Assembly (NCBI RefSeq): GCF_963676685.1
Contig: NC_092344.1
Coordinates: forward strand, 1,116,001-1,180,000
Direction of reading: 5' to 3'
Source: Mytilus edulis
Taxonomy: Eukaryota
Length of the DNA stretch: 64,000 bases
In this document: one piece after another, positions 63,108-64,000 of the stretch
Layout of the letters: every line of letters starts with the position of its first letter
How positions within the stretch are numbered: position 1 is the first letter of the stretch
The notes under the pieces: model-generated
What the model was told of the DNA's origin: nothing
Databases searched by the model: none
What the model saw: the letters and a program-made list of their open reading frames with translations, nothing else
Position numbers and translations under genes: made by a program

Positions 63108-63334
63108 ATAAATTCTTTTGGATTGGAGGTTATGGACACGATGGTGATTTCATATGGAAGTCTACTGGATCCCTTATCACTTTCCAAAACTGGAATAAAG
63201 GGAACCCATTACCAGTTCCTGGTAGACATTATGAAGAATTGTGTTTAGAAATGGTTCAGAGTAGTGATTTTAAATGGAACTATGCTCTCTGTAATGCCAC
63301 TAACCCGTTTGTGTGTGAACGCAAAAAGAACTGA
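63108..63334 (+). CDS. PAN/Apple + C-type lectin gene, exon 4 (CTLD C-terminus and stop)
   Basis: TTTGTAG| (D)KFFWIGG..FIWKSTG..FQNWNKGNPL..EELCLEM..FKWNYALCNATNPFVCERKKN*. The spliced CDS is 723 nt = 240 aa. Confidence 0.9.
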
Positions 63335-63760
63335 CAACCTTCATTGAGTTATCCCTTCACTGACGACAGTATAATTCATACTTTTATTTATTCATTGAGT
63401 TAGAGCCTGGATGTTCGTCATAATGAATGAGGCAAAAGTCTGTCTGAATCGTGACCAGAATATGATAAACATTTTAAGATGTATTATTTTAAGATGTCTT
63501 TAAGTTATAATGAAATTATCATTAAATAGTATAGGTTCATTTGTGATTTGCATTATAAATATGATATCAAGTGTGCCATGTTATAAACATATTAATAGAG
63601 CAGTGCAAATAGTCACAGTTTTCCAAAAATGGATTGTTCGTGAACAAATAAGAATAGTTGGACAACAGCACAACCTTGGTTTTTATTTTAGTTGGATGAG
63701 AATTCCGGATGAAAGTAAATCCGGAAGAGCAGTTTTGACACCACAATCTTATAAAATGGT

Positions 63761-64000
63761 GAATACTAGTAGTTGTCTCATTCGACCCTATAGGTGTTAT
63801 TACCAATGAGAATACTACTAGTTGTCTCATTCGACCCTATAGGTGTTATTACCAATGAGAATACTACTGGTTGTCTCATTCGACCCTATAGGTGTTATTA
63901 CCAATGAGAATACTAGTGGTTGTCTCATTCGACCCTATAGGTGTTATTACCAATGAGAATACTAGTAGTTGTCTCATTCGACCCTATAGGTGTTATTACC
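63761..64000. repeat. 49-bp minisatellite running off the window end
   Basis: Unit GAATACTASTAGTTGTCTCATTCGACCCTATAGGTGTTATTACCAATGA, ~5 copies. Confidence 0.95.

Overview
AT-rich, repeat-dense eukaryotic (metazoan) genomic DNA. The repeat content and the lectin gene suggest a marine bivalve such as a Mytilus-like mussel (inference). It is not prokaryotic, and there are no CRISPR arrays or operons. The only complete host gene I can support is a 4-exon secreted PAN/Apple + C-type lectin (59386-63334, +, 240 aa). Most of 2.5-49.6 kb looks like a large CpG-poor intron or gene body of a minus-strand gene, with a candidate promoter near 49.6 kb and a candidate first coding exon at 5689-5760. This region is filled with transposons: Helentron-type HINEs, hAT MITEs with 5-bp TSDs, Harbinger, Kolobok and pogo MITEs, a tRNA-derived SINE, a Penelope-like RT fragment, LINE 3' ends and several minisatellites. 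The most striking structure is a young, rearranged BEL/Pao LTR retrotransposon (29984-~33926) inside a 37-bp minisatellite. Its two identical 172-bp LTRs face each other as a perfect 181-bp inverted repeat. The inverted 3' LTR carries an exact 18-nt copy of the tRNA-His 3' end that differs from the element's own imperfect PBS. This looks like a fossilised reverse-transcription intermediate.
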